Shown: piece by piece, positions 16,654 through 26,700 of the stretch
How positions within the stretch are numbered: the stretch's first letter is position 1
Layout of the letters: every line of letters begins with the position of its first letter
IMG/VR virus record: IMGVR_UViG_3300045988_117928
Span: 1 to 42,344 of that record
DNA from: a virus
Strand: one strand, 5' to 3'
Length of the DNA stretch: 42,344 nt
Notes under the pieces: generated by a model
Database searches by the model: none
What the model was told of the DNA's origin: nothing
What the model saw: only the letters and a program-made list of their open reading frames with translations
Translations under genes and position numbers: made by a program

Positions 16654-17565
16654 ATGGCACGTGACCCAATGTTCCCGCTTTCCGGCCCCAACGTTGAAAA
16701 CGGGGCTATCACCATCGACATGATGCTCAACGAGCCGACCCGCATCGACAACTATGCGGCGCAGCTGGTTGAGCGAGACCTCCTGTCGAAGGTCATCTTC
16801 GGCAACGTCACCACCACCGGCGGTGCGCTGCTGTTTGACCAGCTGGTCAAGAACACACCGACCGCAACCGACAAGCCGGGCATTGTCGCTCCGGGCGCTG
16901 AGTTCCCGGTGCTGCACACCCCAGACGGTGAGCCGGTTGTCGCGCGTGTCCAGAAGACCGGTGGCAAGTTCGGTGTCACGGATGAGGCACGTATCCGCAA
17001 TGATGCGATGCTGCTGCAGCGCAAGATTTCCCAGGTCTCCAACACCATGGTGAAGGATCTGGACGAGCGCGGCATTTCGGCTCTGACAGAGGCAATCGAC
17101 AAGATTGACGGAACCCTGAGCGTGACATCTGGTGGCTGGGATAAGGCCGCCGAGGTCGCAGCAACCGCGAAGACCGCGAAGACCGGCGAGGGCGAAGTCA
17201 TCAGCAACCTGCTGGACGCGCAGCTTGCTATCGAGCAGACTGACCTTGGCTACAGTGCTGACACTCTGGTGCTCAACCCGGTTGACGCTAAGAACCTGAA
17301 GCTGCTGCTTGGTGTCGCCAACTACCAGGAGATGCTGGGCACCTTCGGCCTGACTCTGCACTCCACCAACGCCATGAAGAAGGGCGAGGGTCTGGTGCTG
17401 CAGGCCGGCATGGTTGGCGTAATGGGCGTCGAGTCCCCGATCTCGACCGAGACGTGGCGTGACGCCTCGACTCAGACGACCTGGTCCCAGACCTGGGCGA
17501 CCGTCGCGTTCGGTGTCACCGACCCGCTGGCCATGGTGAAGCTCAACGGCCTGTCTGCGGGGTAG
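16654..17565 (+). CDS. Major capsid protein (HK97 fold)
   Basis: 303 aa. Strong SD TAAGGAGG. Position after the scaffold gene and size are typical of a major capsid protein. Confidence 0.85.
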   Translation: MARDPMFPLSGPNVENGAITIDMMLNEPTRIDNYAAQLVERDLLSKVIFGNVTTTGGALLFDQLVKNTPTATDKPGIVAPGAEFPVLHTPDGEPVVARVQKTGGKFGVTDEARIRNDAMLLQRKISQVSNTMVKDLDERGISALTEAIDKIDGTLSVTSGGWDKAAEVAATAKTAKTGEGEVISNLLDAQLAIEQTDLGYSADTLVLNPVDAKNLKLLLGVANYQEMLGTFGLTLHSTNAMKKGEGLVLQAGMVGVMGVESPISTETWRDASTQTTWSQTWATVAFGVTDPLAMVKLNGLSAG

Positions 17566-17568
17566 CGT

Positions 17569-17952
17569 ATGTTTGCCACCTCTAGGGACGTTCGCCTGCG
17601 GTGGCAGACCGCCCCCGCCTCGGTCACAGATGACGCCATCGAGGCTGTTCTAGACGACGCGGAAGCATGGCTGCGGGCAAGCTACCCGCAAATCCCGGCT
17701 ACCCCGGACGAGAATCTTCGGAAGGTTCTCGCGCTGGTGTCGGTGTCTATGGCGAAGCGAGCGCTGGCCGCAACTGACCGAGGCGGTATCACGCAGCAGC
17801 AAGCCACTGCGGGGTCGTTCTCGCAGTCCACCTCGTGGCGGAATCCGGACGGAGACTTGTTCCTTTCCGGCCAGGAACGGCAGATGCTGGAATCCGCGTT
17901 GCAGGATTTCAGCGCTGACCGGGCAGTGAGTATGGAGGCAACCGGATGGTAG
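17569..17952 (+). CDS. Head-tail connector/adaptor protein
   Basis: 127 aa. Conserved position after the capsid gene. Confidence 0.5.
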   Translation: MFATSRDVRLRWQTAPASVTDDAIEAVLDDAEAWLRASYPQIPATPDENLRKVLALVSVSMAKRALAATDRGGITQQQATAGSFSQSTSWRNPDGDLFLSGQERQMLESALQDFSADRAVSMEATGW

Positions 17953-18290
17953 CGGACGTATTTCCCTGCACGATTCCTGTGACGGTGCACCGCCACGAAG
18001 ACGGGGCAACAGACCCGTATGGCAACCCTCTTCATCGCTACACCAAGGACAAGGTCATGGTGTTTGCGGTGCAAAAAGGCGGCACACCGGCAGTCACCGC
18101 GTCGCACCCTGAGGCCGCGGAGTTTGATGCGGTGGTCTACGCCCCTGTGGAAGCTGGCATTACCGACCGTGACCGTATCGAGGTCGATGGAATGGTCTAC
18201 GAGCTGGCCGCCCCGCCGGGGAATTGGGAATCCAACCCGTGGTTTTCGCCGGGTCTGGTCGAGTGCCGCTGTAAGCGAATGGAGGGCTAG
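17946..18290 (+). CDS. Head closure / head-tail joining protein
   Basis: 114 aa. Start overlaps the upstream stop (ATGGTAG). Confidence 0.5.
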   Translation: MVADVFPCTIPVTVHRHEDGATDPYGNPLHRYTKDKVMVFAVQKGGTPAVTASHPEAAEFDAVVYAPVEAGITDRDRIEVDGMVYELAAPPGNWESNPWFSPGLVECRCKRMEG

Positions 18291-18527
18291 ATGAAAATCA
18301 AGTACAACATTAAGGCATTTGAGGAGATTCGTCGCCTGCCCGCAGTGGCGGCAGATGTTGACTCACGTGCCGCGCGTATCGCTGACGCCTGCGGCGACGG
18401 GTACGAATCCAGCCCCTATGAGGGCAAGTCTCGTCACCGCGCATCGGTCATCACGACTAACTACAAGGCTGCTCGCGATAACGCGAAGAACAACACGCTA
18501 TTGAGGAACATCAATGCGGGAAGCTGA
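18291..18527 (+). CDS. Tail-completion/neck protein (hypothetical)
   Basis: 78 aa. SD GGAGGG upstream. Conserved position. Confidence 0.4.
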   Translation: MKIKYNIKAFEEIRRLPAVAADVDSRAARIADACGDGYESSPYEGKSRHRASVITTNYKAARDNAKNNTLLRNINAGS

Positions 18528-18912
18528 CCCACAAGCCCAAAAAGCGTTTATCGACCTGCTGCACCGAATCTGCGGCGGTATGCGAGTGAGCACTCGGTAC
18601 CCGCGGCAGCCGAAGTTCCCGCATGTCGTGGTCACGCGGGTTGGAGGGGCGACACCGAATCGCATCACCGATGCGGCAACGATGTCGGTCCAGGTCTATG
18701 CAGAAACGGAATACGAAGCCGAGCAGGTCGCCGGGCTGATTCGCCAGGCGCTCCGCAGTGAGTCATGGAAGGGTATGCGCCTTTCCGGCCACAGGCTGCG
18801 CGGGTGGCGGGAATACGCTGCGCCACAGCGGTTCCTCGACCCCGACCGGGAAAACCTGGTGAGGTTTCAGTATTCCGGCCAGCTCCTCATATCGCTGCTG
18901 ACTAACCAGTAA
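18514..18912 (+). CDS. Tail terminator-like protein
   Basis: 132 aa. Overlapping start. Directly precedes the major tail gene. Confidence 0.45.
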   Translation: MREADPQAQKAFIDLLHRICGGMRVSTRYPRQPKFPHVVVTRVGGATPNRITDAATMSVQVYAETEYEAEQVAGLIRQALRSESWKGMRLSGHRLRGWREYAAPQRFLDPDRENLVRFQYSGQLLISLLTNQ

Positions 18913-18968
18913 CCAACTTAAGCCCTGCGCGCCGCGTGGGGCTTTTCTCATGCCCCAAGGAGGCAAAA

Positions 18969-19799
18969 ATGGCAAACGTCAACAACATCACGTCAACCAA
19001 CCCCGGCAAGAACGGTGTGCTGTTCCGCGCACCGCTGAACACTGCTCTGCCGGAAGACACCATGTCCGAGCTTGACCCGGCATTCGCTGATCTCGGCATC
19101 GTCGGCGAGGACGGCCTGACTCAGGCCATTACTCGTGATACCGAGGACAAGAAGTCTTACGGCGGCGATATCGTCTACACCCTGCAGACCGACTACGGCC
19201 AGGAGCTCACCGCCACGCTCTATGAGGCCGCCAACATTGACGTACTCAAGACCGTCTTCGGTGACGACAATGTCCAGGAGACAAGCGAGGGCTTCAAGGT
19301 TCTGCACAACAAGAAGAAGCTGCCGCGCTCCGTCTTTGTTGCTGAGCACCTGACCGACCAGGGCACCAAGCGCCAGGTCATCCCGATCGGCCAGGTCGTC
19401 AACCTGGGCGACATTCAGAACACTCACCAGGACATCGTGATGTACGAGGTCACCACCAAGTGCTTCCCAGATGCCGACGGCAACGTGATGTACGAGTACT
19501 ACTCGATCAGCACCGCCGACGGTGAGGTAGCACAGTTCGGTATCACCACCGCTGTGATTGCCCCGGCAACCCAGGGCAAGGCGTACACCGCCACCCTGCA
19601 GGCATCCGGCGGTGACGGTAACTACAAGTTCACCGCAGTCGGTTCCCTGCCGGCAGGCCTGACTCTCGCTGAGAACGGCAAGCTCTCGGGAACCCCGACC
19701 GGCTCCGGTGAGGAGTCCTTCACTGTCCGTGTCGCCGACGGCGCTGGCGCCACCGCGCAGCGCACCCTCACCCTCAAGATCAACCCGACGGAGTCCTAA
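18969..19799 (+). CDS. Major tail protein with C-terminal Ig-like domain
   Basis: ATG at 18969 follows SD AAGGAGG. The C-terminus GKAYTATLQASGGDGNYKFTAVGSLPAGLTLAENGKLSGTPTGSGEESFTVRV is a putative Ig domain, common on siphovirus major tail subunits. Confidence 0.75.
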   Translation: MANVNNITSTNPGKNGVLFRAPLNTALPEDTMSELDPAFADLGIVGEDGLTQAITRDTEDKKSYGGDIVYTLQTDYGQELTATLYEAANIDVLKTVFGDDNVQETSEGFKVLHNKKKLPRSVFVAEHLTDQGTKRQVIPIGQVVNLGDIQNTHQDIVMYEVTTKCFPDADGNVMYEYYSISTADGEVAQFGITTAVIAPATQGKAYTATLQASGGDGNYKFTAVGSLPAGLTLAENGKLSGTPTGSGEESFTVRVADGAGATAQRTLTLKINPTES

Positions 19800-19811
19800 C
19801 CGTCGCTCTCA

Positions 19812-19913
19812 CCCCAGGCCACTGTGTGTCGTCAGCTTTTCATGAGGGGTTCAGCTGACGACGGCCTGGGGTGACCCCATCAAACCCCTCATGTAACCCC
19901 TCCAGATTTTTTC
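19812..19913 (+). other. Structured RNA element with long bulged hairpin and loop-to-downstream complementarity
   Basis: The 5' arm ccccaggcc-actgtgt-gtcgtcagct (19812-19837) pairs with agctgacgacggcctgggg (19853-19871). The loop catgaggggtt (19841-19851) is exactly complementary to aacccctcatg (19883-19893). A T7 run follows at 19906-19913. Confidence 0.5.
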
Positions 19914-19937
19914 TAACTCTTATTAAGGAGACCCCTC

Positions 19938-20273
19938 ATGGCTTTCGAATTCGTACCAGCATGGGACGCCCGTACTCAGTTCACGTGCGAAATCCCGACC
20001 AAGGACGGCAAGTCGAAAACGTTCTCTGTGCCGCGCATGGAGTTCATCGACGATGAGACCTACGCGACGTTCGCTAAGTGGTTTAAGGACAACCCGGACG
20101 ACAAGCTCCTGGAAGACGGCCGCCGACCGGTCAGCGAAGCGTTCGACTTCTTCATCACCGAGCTGGGTATCGACGACGCACAGTGGTTCGTTGACAACCT
20201 CGTTTTCGGTGAAAAAGTCCAGCTGTGGAATGAGTGGAATCGCCTCACTGATGTCCCGCTGGGGGAATCCTAG
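19938..20273 (+). CDS. Tail assembly chaperone (gpG-like)
   Basis: 111 aa, acidic. SD AAGGAG upstream. Immediately upstream of an overlapping -1-frame ORF and the tape measure gene. Confidence 0.7.
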   Translation: MAFEFVPAWDARTQFTCEIPTKDGKSKTFSVPRMEFIDDETYATFAKWFKDNPDDKLLEDGRRPVSEAFDFFITELGIDDAQWFVDNLVFGEKVQLWNEWNRLTDVPLGES

Positions 20274-20692
20274 TCCTGGCCGGGCTTCTACACCGACCAG
20301 GGTTTAAAACCGCGCTGACCTACGACCTCATTGAGAAAGGGCGCTCCATTCACCAGCTCGGAAGCCCAGCATTGTCGTGGGCTGAGCTGAAAGCGTTCCT
20401 CGCATGGGCGCCGGAAGGCAGCGCGGTGAGGCGTCTTGATGACCCGCTAGCGGAGTACAAGGCGCCGAAAAACCAGCTGTTGATGAACACCATCGACACG
20501 CTGGCATGGGCGAACTGGCAACGAGCTCGTAGGAAGACTGCGCCGAAGCCACGCCCAGTTATCGACCAGCTGAAAGAAGCTGTCGAGCGGCAACGACGCG
20601 CCAGGAATGGCCCGAAGAACGCTGCCGAACTGCAAAATACCCGCGCCGAACTCGCACGCCGGAGGAAACTCCAGCGGCAAAACAAGCCCTAG
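20252..20692 (+). CDS. Tail assembly chaperone -1 frameshift extension (gpT-like), expressed as a G-T fusion
   Basis: The -1 frame is open from 20252 and overlaps the last 7 codons of gpG. A G5 run (20261-20265) lies within CTG GGG GAA just before the gpG stop. The extension is basic (RRKTAPKPRP...RRRKLQRQNKP) and ends 10 nt before the tape measure start. Confidence 0.6.
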   Translation, partial: CPAGGILVLAGLLHRPGFKTALTYDLIEKGRSIHQLGSPALSWAELKAFLAWAPEGSAVRRLDDPLAEYKAPKNQLLMNTIDTLAWANWQRARRKTAPKPRPVIDQLKEAVERQRRARNGPKNAAELQNTRAELARRRKLQRQNKP

Positions 20693-20701
20693 GAGGACGC
20701 C

Positions 20702-23700
20702 ATGGCCGTCGAAATCGCAGCCGCCTATATCTCCATCATCCCGGAGACCAGCAAAATCGCCCCGGGTATCAACAAGGCGATGGGTGGGGCAGAAAAGTCC
20801 GCGTCGAAGTCGGGCGAATCGATGGGCCAGAAGCTGTCTTCCGGCATGGGCAGCGCCCTGAAGAAGTCCGCTGTCGGTGTCGGTGTGGCAGCTGGTGCCG
20901 CTATCGGCGCCGGGCTTACCAAGGGCATTGGCCGGTTGAATGGTATCGAGCAGGCGGAAGCCAAGCTCCGCGGTCTCGGCCATTCTGCGTCGTCTGTGGG
21001 ATCCATCATGGACAACGCGCTGGCGTCGGTGAAGGGAACCAGCTTTGGGCTTGAAGAAGCCGCCACCGCTGCCGCAGGCGCTGTCGCAGCTGGTATTAAG
21101 CCTGGCCAGGAACTCGAGCGCACCCTGAAGGTCGTTGGCGACACCGCCACCATCGCGGGCGCGTCGATGGGTGAGATGGGCCAGATTTTCAACTCTGTCG
21201 CAGCCCGCGGCAAGCTGCAGGGCGACGACATGATGCAGCTGCTTTCCCGCGGCGTTCCTGTCCTGCAACTCCTCGGGGAAGAACTCGACAAGACCTCTGC
21301 AGAGATCAGTGACATGGTCACTAAGGGGCAGATTGATTTCGCGACGTTCCAGAACGCTATGGAACGTGGCATGGGCGGCGCTGCGCTTGAAGCGGGTAAT
21401 ACCGTCGAGGGCGCGTTCCGCAACATGGGCGCTGCGGCCGGCAGGCTCGGCGCCACTATTGCAGGACCATTTTTCAACCAGGCCGCCGGGGGTTTCAAGG
21501 GTGTCACCGACGCGCTTGATGCGATGAACGCGCGCGCTAAGCCGGTCATGGAAACGTTCGATGCCTATCTGACGTCGAATGTGGTGCCCGGGCTGCAGAA
21601 TCTTGCCAGTTCGGCGGTGGATGCGTTTCAGGCGTTCATGCATTCTGCGACTGTTGCTCGTACGACTGAGGTGTTCCGTCAGTTGTGGGAGGCCGGTAAG
21701 GGGCTTGCTCCGTCGTTGGTGAGCATTGGTGCGTCTGCGGCACAAGCTGCCGGGGCGCTCGGCGTAGGTACCTGGAACCTGTTCTTGACTGCGCTGCAGA
21801 CCACTGCTGTCGCGGCTAAGGCGTTGACCCCGCCGCTAGAGGCGATTTCGTCGTTCATGGAGTCGCACCCAGCGACCGTGACTGCAGCTGTGGCAGCCTG
21901 GGCAGGCTTCAAGACACTACCGGGGGTTGTCGGCAAGGTCACCGATGCGGTGACGAAGCAGAAGACCGCTATGTCCGAGTCCCGCTCGTCGATACAGCAG
22001 GGCGTTAAGGATATCCAGGCCTACTACCGTGCTAGTGGGCAGGAAATCACCAAGTTTGAGGCGCAGCTACAGTACTTGGGCACGTCGTCGAATGTAGCGA
22101 TTCAGAGTATGGCGCGCGGCTATGAGCGTGGCTCGGTGTCGCTGCTGAAAATGGCTAAGGCGCATAAGACCGCTGCTGTTGAGGCGCGGATTAACGCTAT
22201 GTGGTCTAAGGACGCTTTCACCACTATCGACTACATGGCGCAGTCTGTCGGCCATACGGCCGCGGCTAGCCTGCAGCGGTTCGGTTCTGTCGCCGGTGGT
22301 ATCGCTGGCGCTGGTCTGCAGACCATGAAGGCCGGAGCCAAGGGCATCATCAATTTGTTCGGTGGCCCGTGGGGCGCCGCGTTGGCTGCCGGCACTGCAG
22401 TCGTAACAACGCTTATCGCGGAGACCCAGAAGTACAACCGCTTCCAAGACGAGGCTGCCCGCTCCGCCACCCTTGCCTCCAGTGCGTTCCGCGACATGTT
22501 CAGCGCCATGGCCTCTGGCGGCGACGTTGTCGCTGCAATGGGTAGCAGTGTTCAGGATGTGCAGTCGCATCTCGAGCAGCTAGCCAGCAACGGCCCAGGC
22601 TGGATGTCCCGTGTCGGCATTGCCGTCAATGAGGCGGGGCACAACATCGGTAAGGCCATGGGAACGATTTCCCAGGAGACAAAGTTCGCTGACGAGCAGT
22701 GGCGAGATTCCTCTGATTCGGCTGGCCGTGCAGCGGAAGCCATTAAGCGGCTTGGCCTGTCCAATGAGGAGCTTGCCCAGCAGCTGACGGGTTCGTCTGC
22801 CCAGTTTGAGGCCTTCAAACAGAAGCTGATTGAGTCTGGTGAGGGCGGCGCTGAAGCCGCTGCCCAGATGCAGAAACTGCGTGACGAGTACAACCGCGCG
22901 CAGGGTTCACTCGATCGTGTGGGGCCGGCTGCTGCGAATGCTGCCGCCACGATTGAGGAACTTGCTGGCAAGACGGGTGACGCAGGCGACCGGGCTAACA
23001 AGCTGCGGCGTGCGTTCATGGAACTCGCTGGCGTGGAACTGTCAGCCGCTGACGCGTCGGCAGAATTGACGAAGGTCGTGGACCAGGTGTCCGGCAAGAT
23101 GGAAACGTTTGCTGGTGCCACCATGAAGGCCAATGGCCTGCTGGATACGACGACAACAGCTGGCGCTGCGGCTCACAATGAGCTGCAGACTCTTGGTGAC
23201 ACCATGGCCGACAGTGTTGCGGCTGGCAATGATATCAAGGATGTGTGGGCGCAGTCCTCCGGTGTGCTGGATAGCTTGCAGCAATCGTTGGGCATGACTG
23301 ACGCCGAGTTCCAGAAGCTGCTCAAGGCCTACCAAATGACTCCGGAGCAGATTCAAACGATTGTGGATCTCAAGGCCGACGGGGCGAAGATGGAGCTCGC
23401 GTCGGTAGCTGCGAAGTTCCAGGAGCTGGACGGTAAGTCTCTCGAGACAACAATGGTTGTCAAGGACGAGGGTGCTCGCAAGAAGCTCGAAGATTTTGGC
23501 ATGAAGGTCAAGGTCGTCGACGAGCAGACCGGCGAGGTCACCATCACCGCCAAGGACGAGCAGGCAGTTGCTCGCTACGACTGGTGGGTCAACCACGGCA
23601 TGCCGAATATGGACGGTAAAACCGCCCAGATGGACGCGTTCCTCAACACCGACCAGGTGAAGGTGTCCTCGGCTGAGGCTCGGTCGATTCTCGACCAGCT

Positions 23701-26700
23701 GGACGTGTCGACCACGAATCCGACGGCGCATCTCATCATGGATGAGTTCCGCCGCGACGGCGAAATTGCCCGTGGTGACTTGGAGTGGCTGTCGACCATG
23801 TCGGCTAACCCCAAGGTTGACCTCGACACGATTCTGCTGGACACCAAGACCGGCACGGTTAATACGACCATCGACAACCTGAATGGTAAGACTGCTCGCC
23901 CGAAGGCAGACTTGGACGCCATGCCGCTGTTTGCAACGAATGAGTTTGCAATCGCGCAGCTGGCTACGCTGGATTTGAAGCGTCCGATGCCGTGGGCCAG
24001 CATGAACATCGACGGTCTGAACGCTCAACATATTGATGCGTTGAACAAGGTTGGTCTGCTCGATGGCCAGCGCCCGACCCCGGCTGCAAACCTCAATATC
24101 GAGGATTTGACTGCGGAGCAGCAGATTGCGCTTGCCCAGATTTTCGACCTGGACTCCCAACGCCCCACGCCGCTGGCTGACCTGACTAAGGACCAGCTGG
24201 ATACCAAGGCTGCGGAGGCGAAGCGCAGGCTGCAGGAGCTCCATGATAAGAAGACCGAGCCGAAGGTCACCGCTAAGACCAGTGACGCAATGACGAAGCT
24301 TGGTGGCGTGCGTGATCTTCTAGCGAAACTGGTTAGCAAGACCATCTTCATTGACGTTTTTCGCCGCGACCACAAGTCCGGCAATCGTCATGGTGGGCGC
24401 TTCGCTCGAGGCGGGCGCTACCCACGGTTCGCGCACGGCGGCACCTACCGCGATGCGCTGTCCACCAAGGACCGGCCACATGACGGGTACCGACTTCCCA
24501 CTGCCGGGCCGGGCACCAACGAAGTCGACGGGTTCCTGGCCTACGACTCATACGGCATGCCGGCAGCACGCCTCGACGCCGGTGAGTGGATCATCAACCG
24601 CCGCAGTTCCGCCAAGTACGACAAGGAACTGCAGCAAATCAACAACGGGACTTTCCCGAAGTTGCCGGGCTACGCCGACGGCGGAGTTTTCGACGACATT
24701 ATCCACGCCGAAACACCACCAACCGCGCAAGAATACCGCGCGTTGGTCGACGGCAAGATGGTTCGTGGAGTGCAGGCCGAGCGGCCACTCGACGGCGCGC
24801 CGTACGAGAATTTCCCGAATCGTCGTGGCGCGTGGGGCGACTGCTCCTACACGCAGGGAATTCTGGCAGCGTTCGGTCTTGGCATGGACCCGTGGCCGCG
24901 CAAATTCTCCACCAGCACGCAGCTCGCGTGGTTGCAGCAGCACGGCGCGAACATCGGTATTGGTCCTGCAGGTAGTTTCCGTATGGGCTGGTACGACAAC
25001 GGTGGCGGCCAGTTTGGCCATACCAGTGGCACCCTGCCGGATGGCACCAACGTTGAGATGGGCGGTGGCCCGGGTGGCGGCAAGGTTGGCCCCGCAGCAG
25101 CCGGGTTCAATCATCCGCAGTACACGCACCACGCGTGGATTCCAGCTGGAAGCGGCACAACAGCTGCATCCACGTCACCGGATTCACCAGTCGAAACCGA
25201 CGCTGCCAGCGACACTGCCCCAGGGGCTGACGGTAGCGATGAACTGGCACCATCGGCTACAGCATCATCGTTTGAGTCCGACCCTGACGTCGCACCACTG
25301 TCTCCGGCCGCATCTGCGTCCGCAGACTCTCTGCAGGCCACCCCGCCCGGTGGTGACTCACTGTCCGGCTACGCCGGCAGCGTCGTGGCTGCCTTCGTTT
25401 CCGGCCATATCGGTGACGCCTTGCAGATCGCTGGGTTCCCCGACCAGATACCGCCGATTTTCAAACTCGGCAGTGTCTGGTTCCAGGCAGTCAACGGTGG
25501 GGCTGAAAAGCTCCTCAACTACCGCAAAAACGACGACGCTGTTGTCGAAGCCGGGAAAACAACCGAAGCATTGCCGGAGGGCCAGCAGGCCGCGCCCGGC
25601 GCTGACCGTTCGGTAATCGATGAGGGCAGTCTCGAGGAAGCAGTCGATTCTGCGGTCGAATCCCCGGATGTGCAAGGGGAGGAGGCAGAACAACCGGAAG
25701 AGAAACTTTCGGGTGTGGATGCGGTTAAGGCCGCAGTCAAGAAGTCCCTGAAGGCGTTTGGTTGGGATACCGGTGAGCAGTTCGACTCGATTGATTTCAT
25801 TGTCGAGCATGAGTCGAATTGGGACCCGAATGCGGTGAACCCGTCATCGGGCGCGTTCGGTCTTTTCCAGCTGAACCCAGCGGCGGGCACACTGCAGCAG
25901 TACCTGCCGGATAGGTCACCTGACCCGGAAAAGCAGGGCGAAGCTGGTGCCCGGTATATCCAGGACCGGTACGGCACACCTGTCGCTGCGGCCGAGTTTT
26001 GGCGTGCCAACAATTGGTATGACTCTGGTGGCCGCGCCACCGGTGTTGGCCACATGCTCAAGAACACCATCAAGCCCGAGCGCGTGCTTTCGCCGGAGCA
26101 GACGAAGGCGTTTGAGGACCTGGTGTACAACCAGATTCCTGCGATGCAGGACACCCAGCCGCAGGGGCAGCCGCCGCAGCCAGCGGAGCAGCCACAGGAC
26201 GCGGCAACGGTGACTGGCCAGGAGCCGGAGAAGACACAACCTGAGCAGGCGACTGGCTCGTTAGAGAACATGGTCAACGAGGCGCTGCCGATGGTCATGG
26301 CCCAGAACAGTTGGGCGGACGCGGCGAAGCTGGTGACATCCTCGGCGGTCAGTTTCGCCGGGAACATGGCGACGTCTGCGGCCTCGGGGCTGACAGACTC
26401 CGTGTTCTCCGCGGGCATGTCAGCGCTCGGCATGGCGGGCACGCCGACCATCGGCGCGCTGGTGGGTTCTGCCACCGCACCAGTAACCGGGGCGCTTGGC
26501 CCAGCAGGTGGCGCGGCAGCCGGTATGGCCGCAGCACCGCTGGGAGCCATGCTGGGGCAAGTCATGCCTATGACCCCCGGTGACGTTGTCGGAACAGCTG
26601 GCGGGGCAATGACCGACCTGGCCGCGTGGTACTCCGGCGAAGTCGCATGGGGCGTGACGAACGCGTTCGAAGAGTACTCGAAGGACATTTTCGGAAGCGT

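Noticed and set aside
16258-17361. 367-aa minus-strand ORF overlapping the major capsid gene
   Set aside because: Antisense to a clearly identified capsid gene. Composition (Gly/Val/Asp/Leu-rich, no motif, no SD) is typical of GC-driven spurious ORFs.
20447-21745. 432-aa minus-strand ORF, plus other long minus ORFs (20725-21549, 23042-24244, 25519-26913) inside the tape measure gene
   Set aside because: All lie antisense within the 6.2-kb TMP gene. High-GC antisense frames are commonly open. No RBS or domain features.
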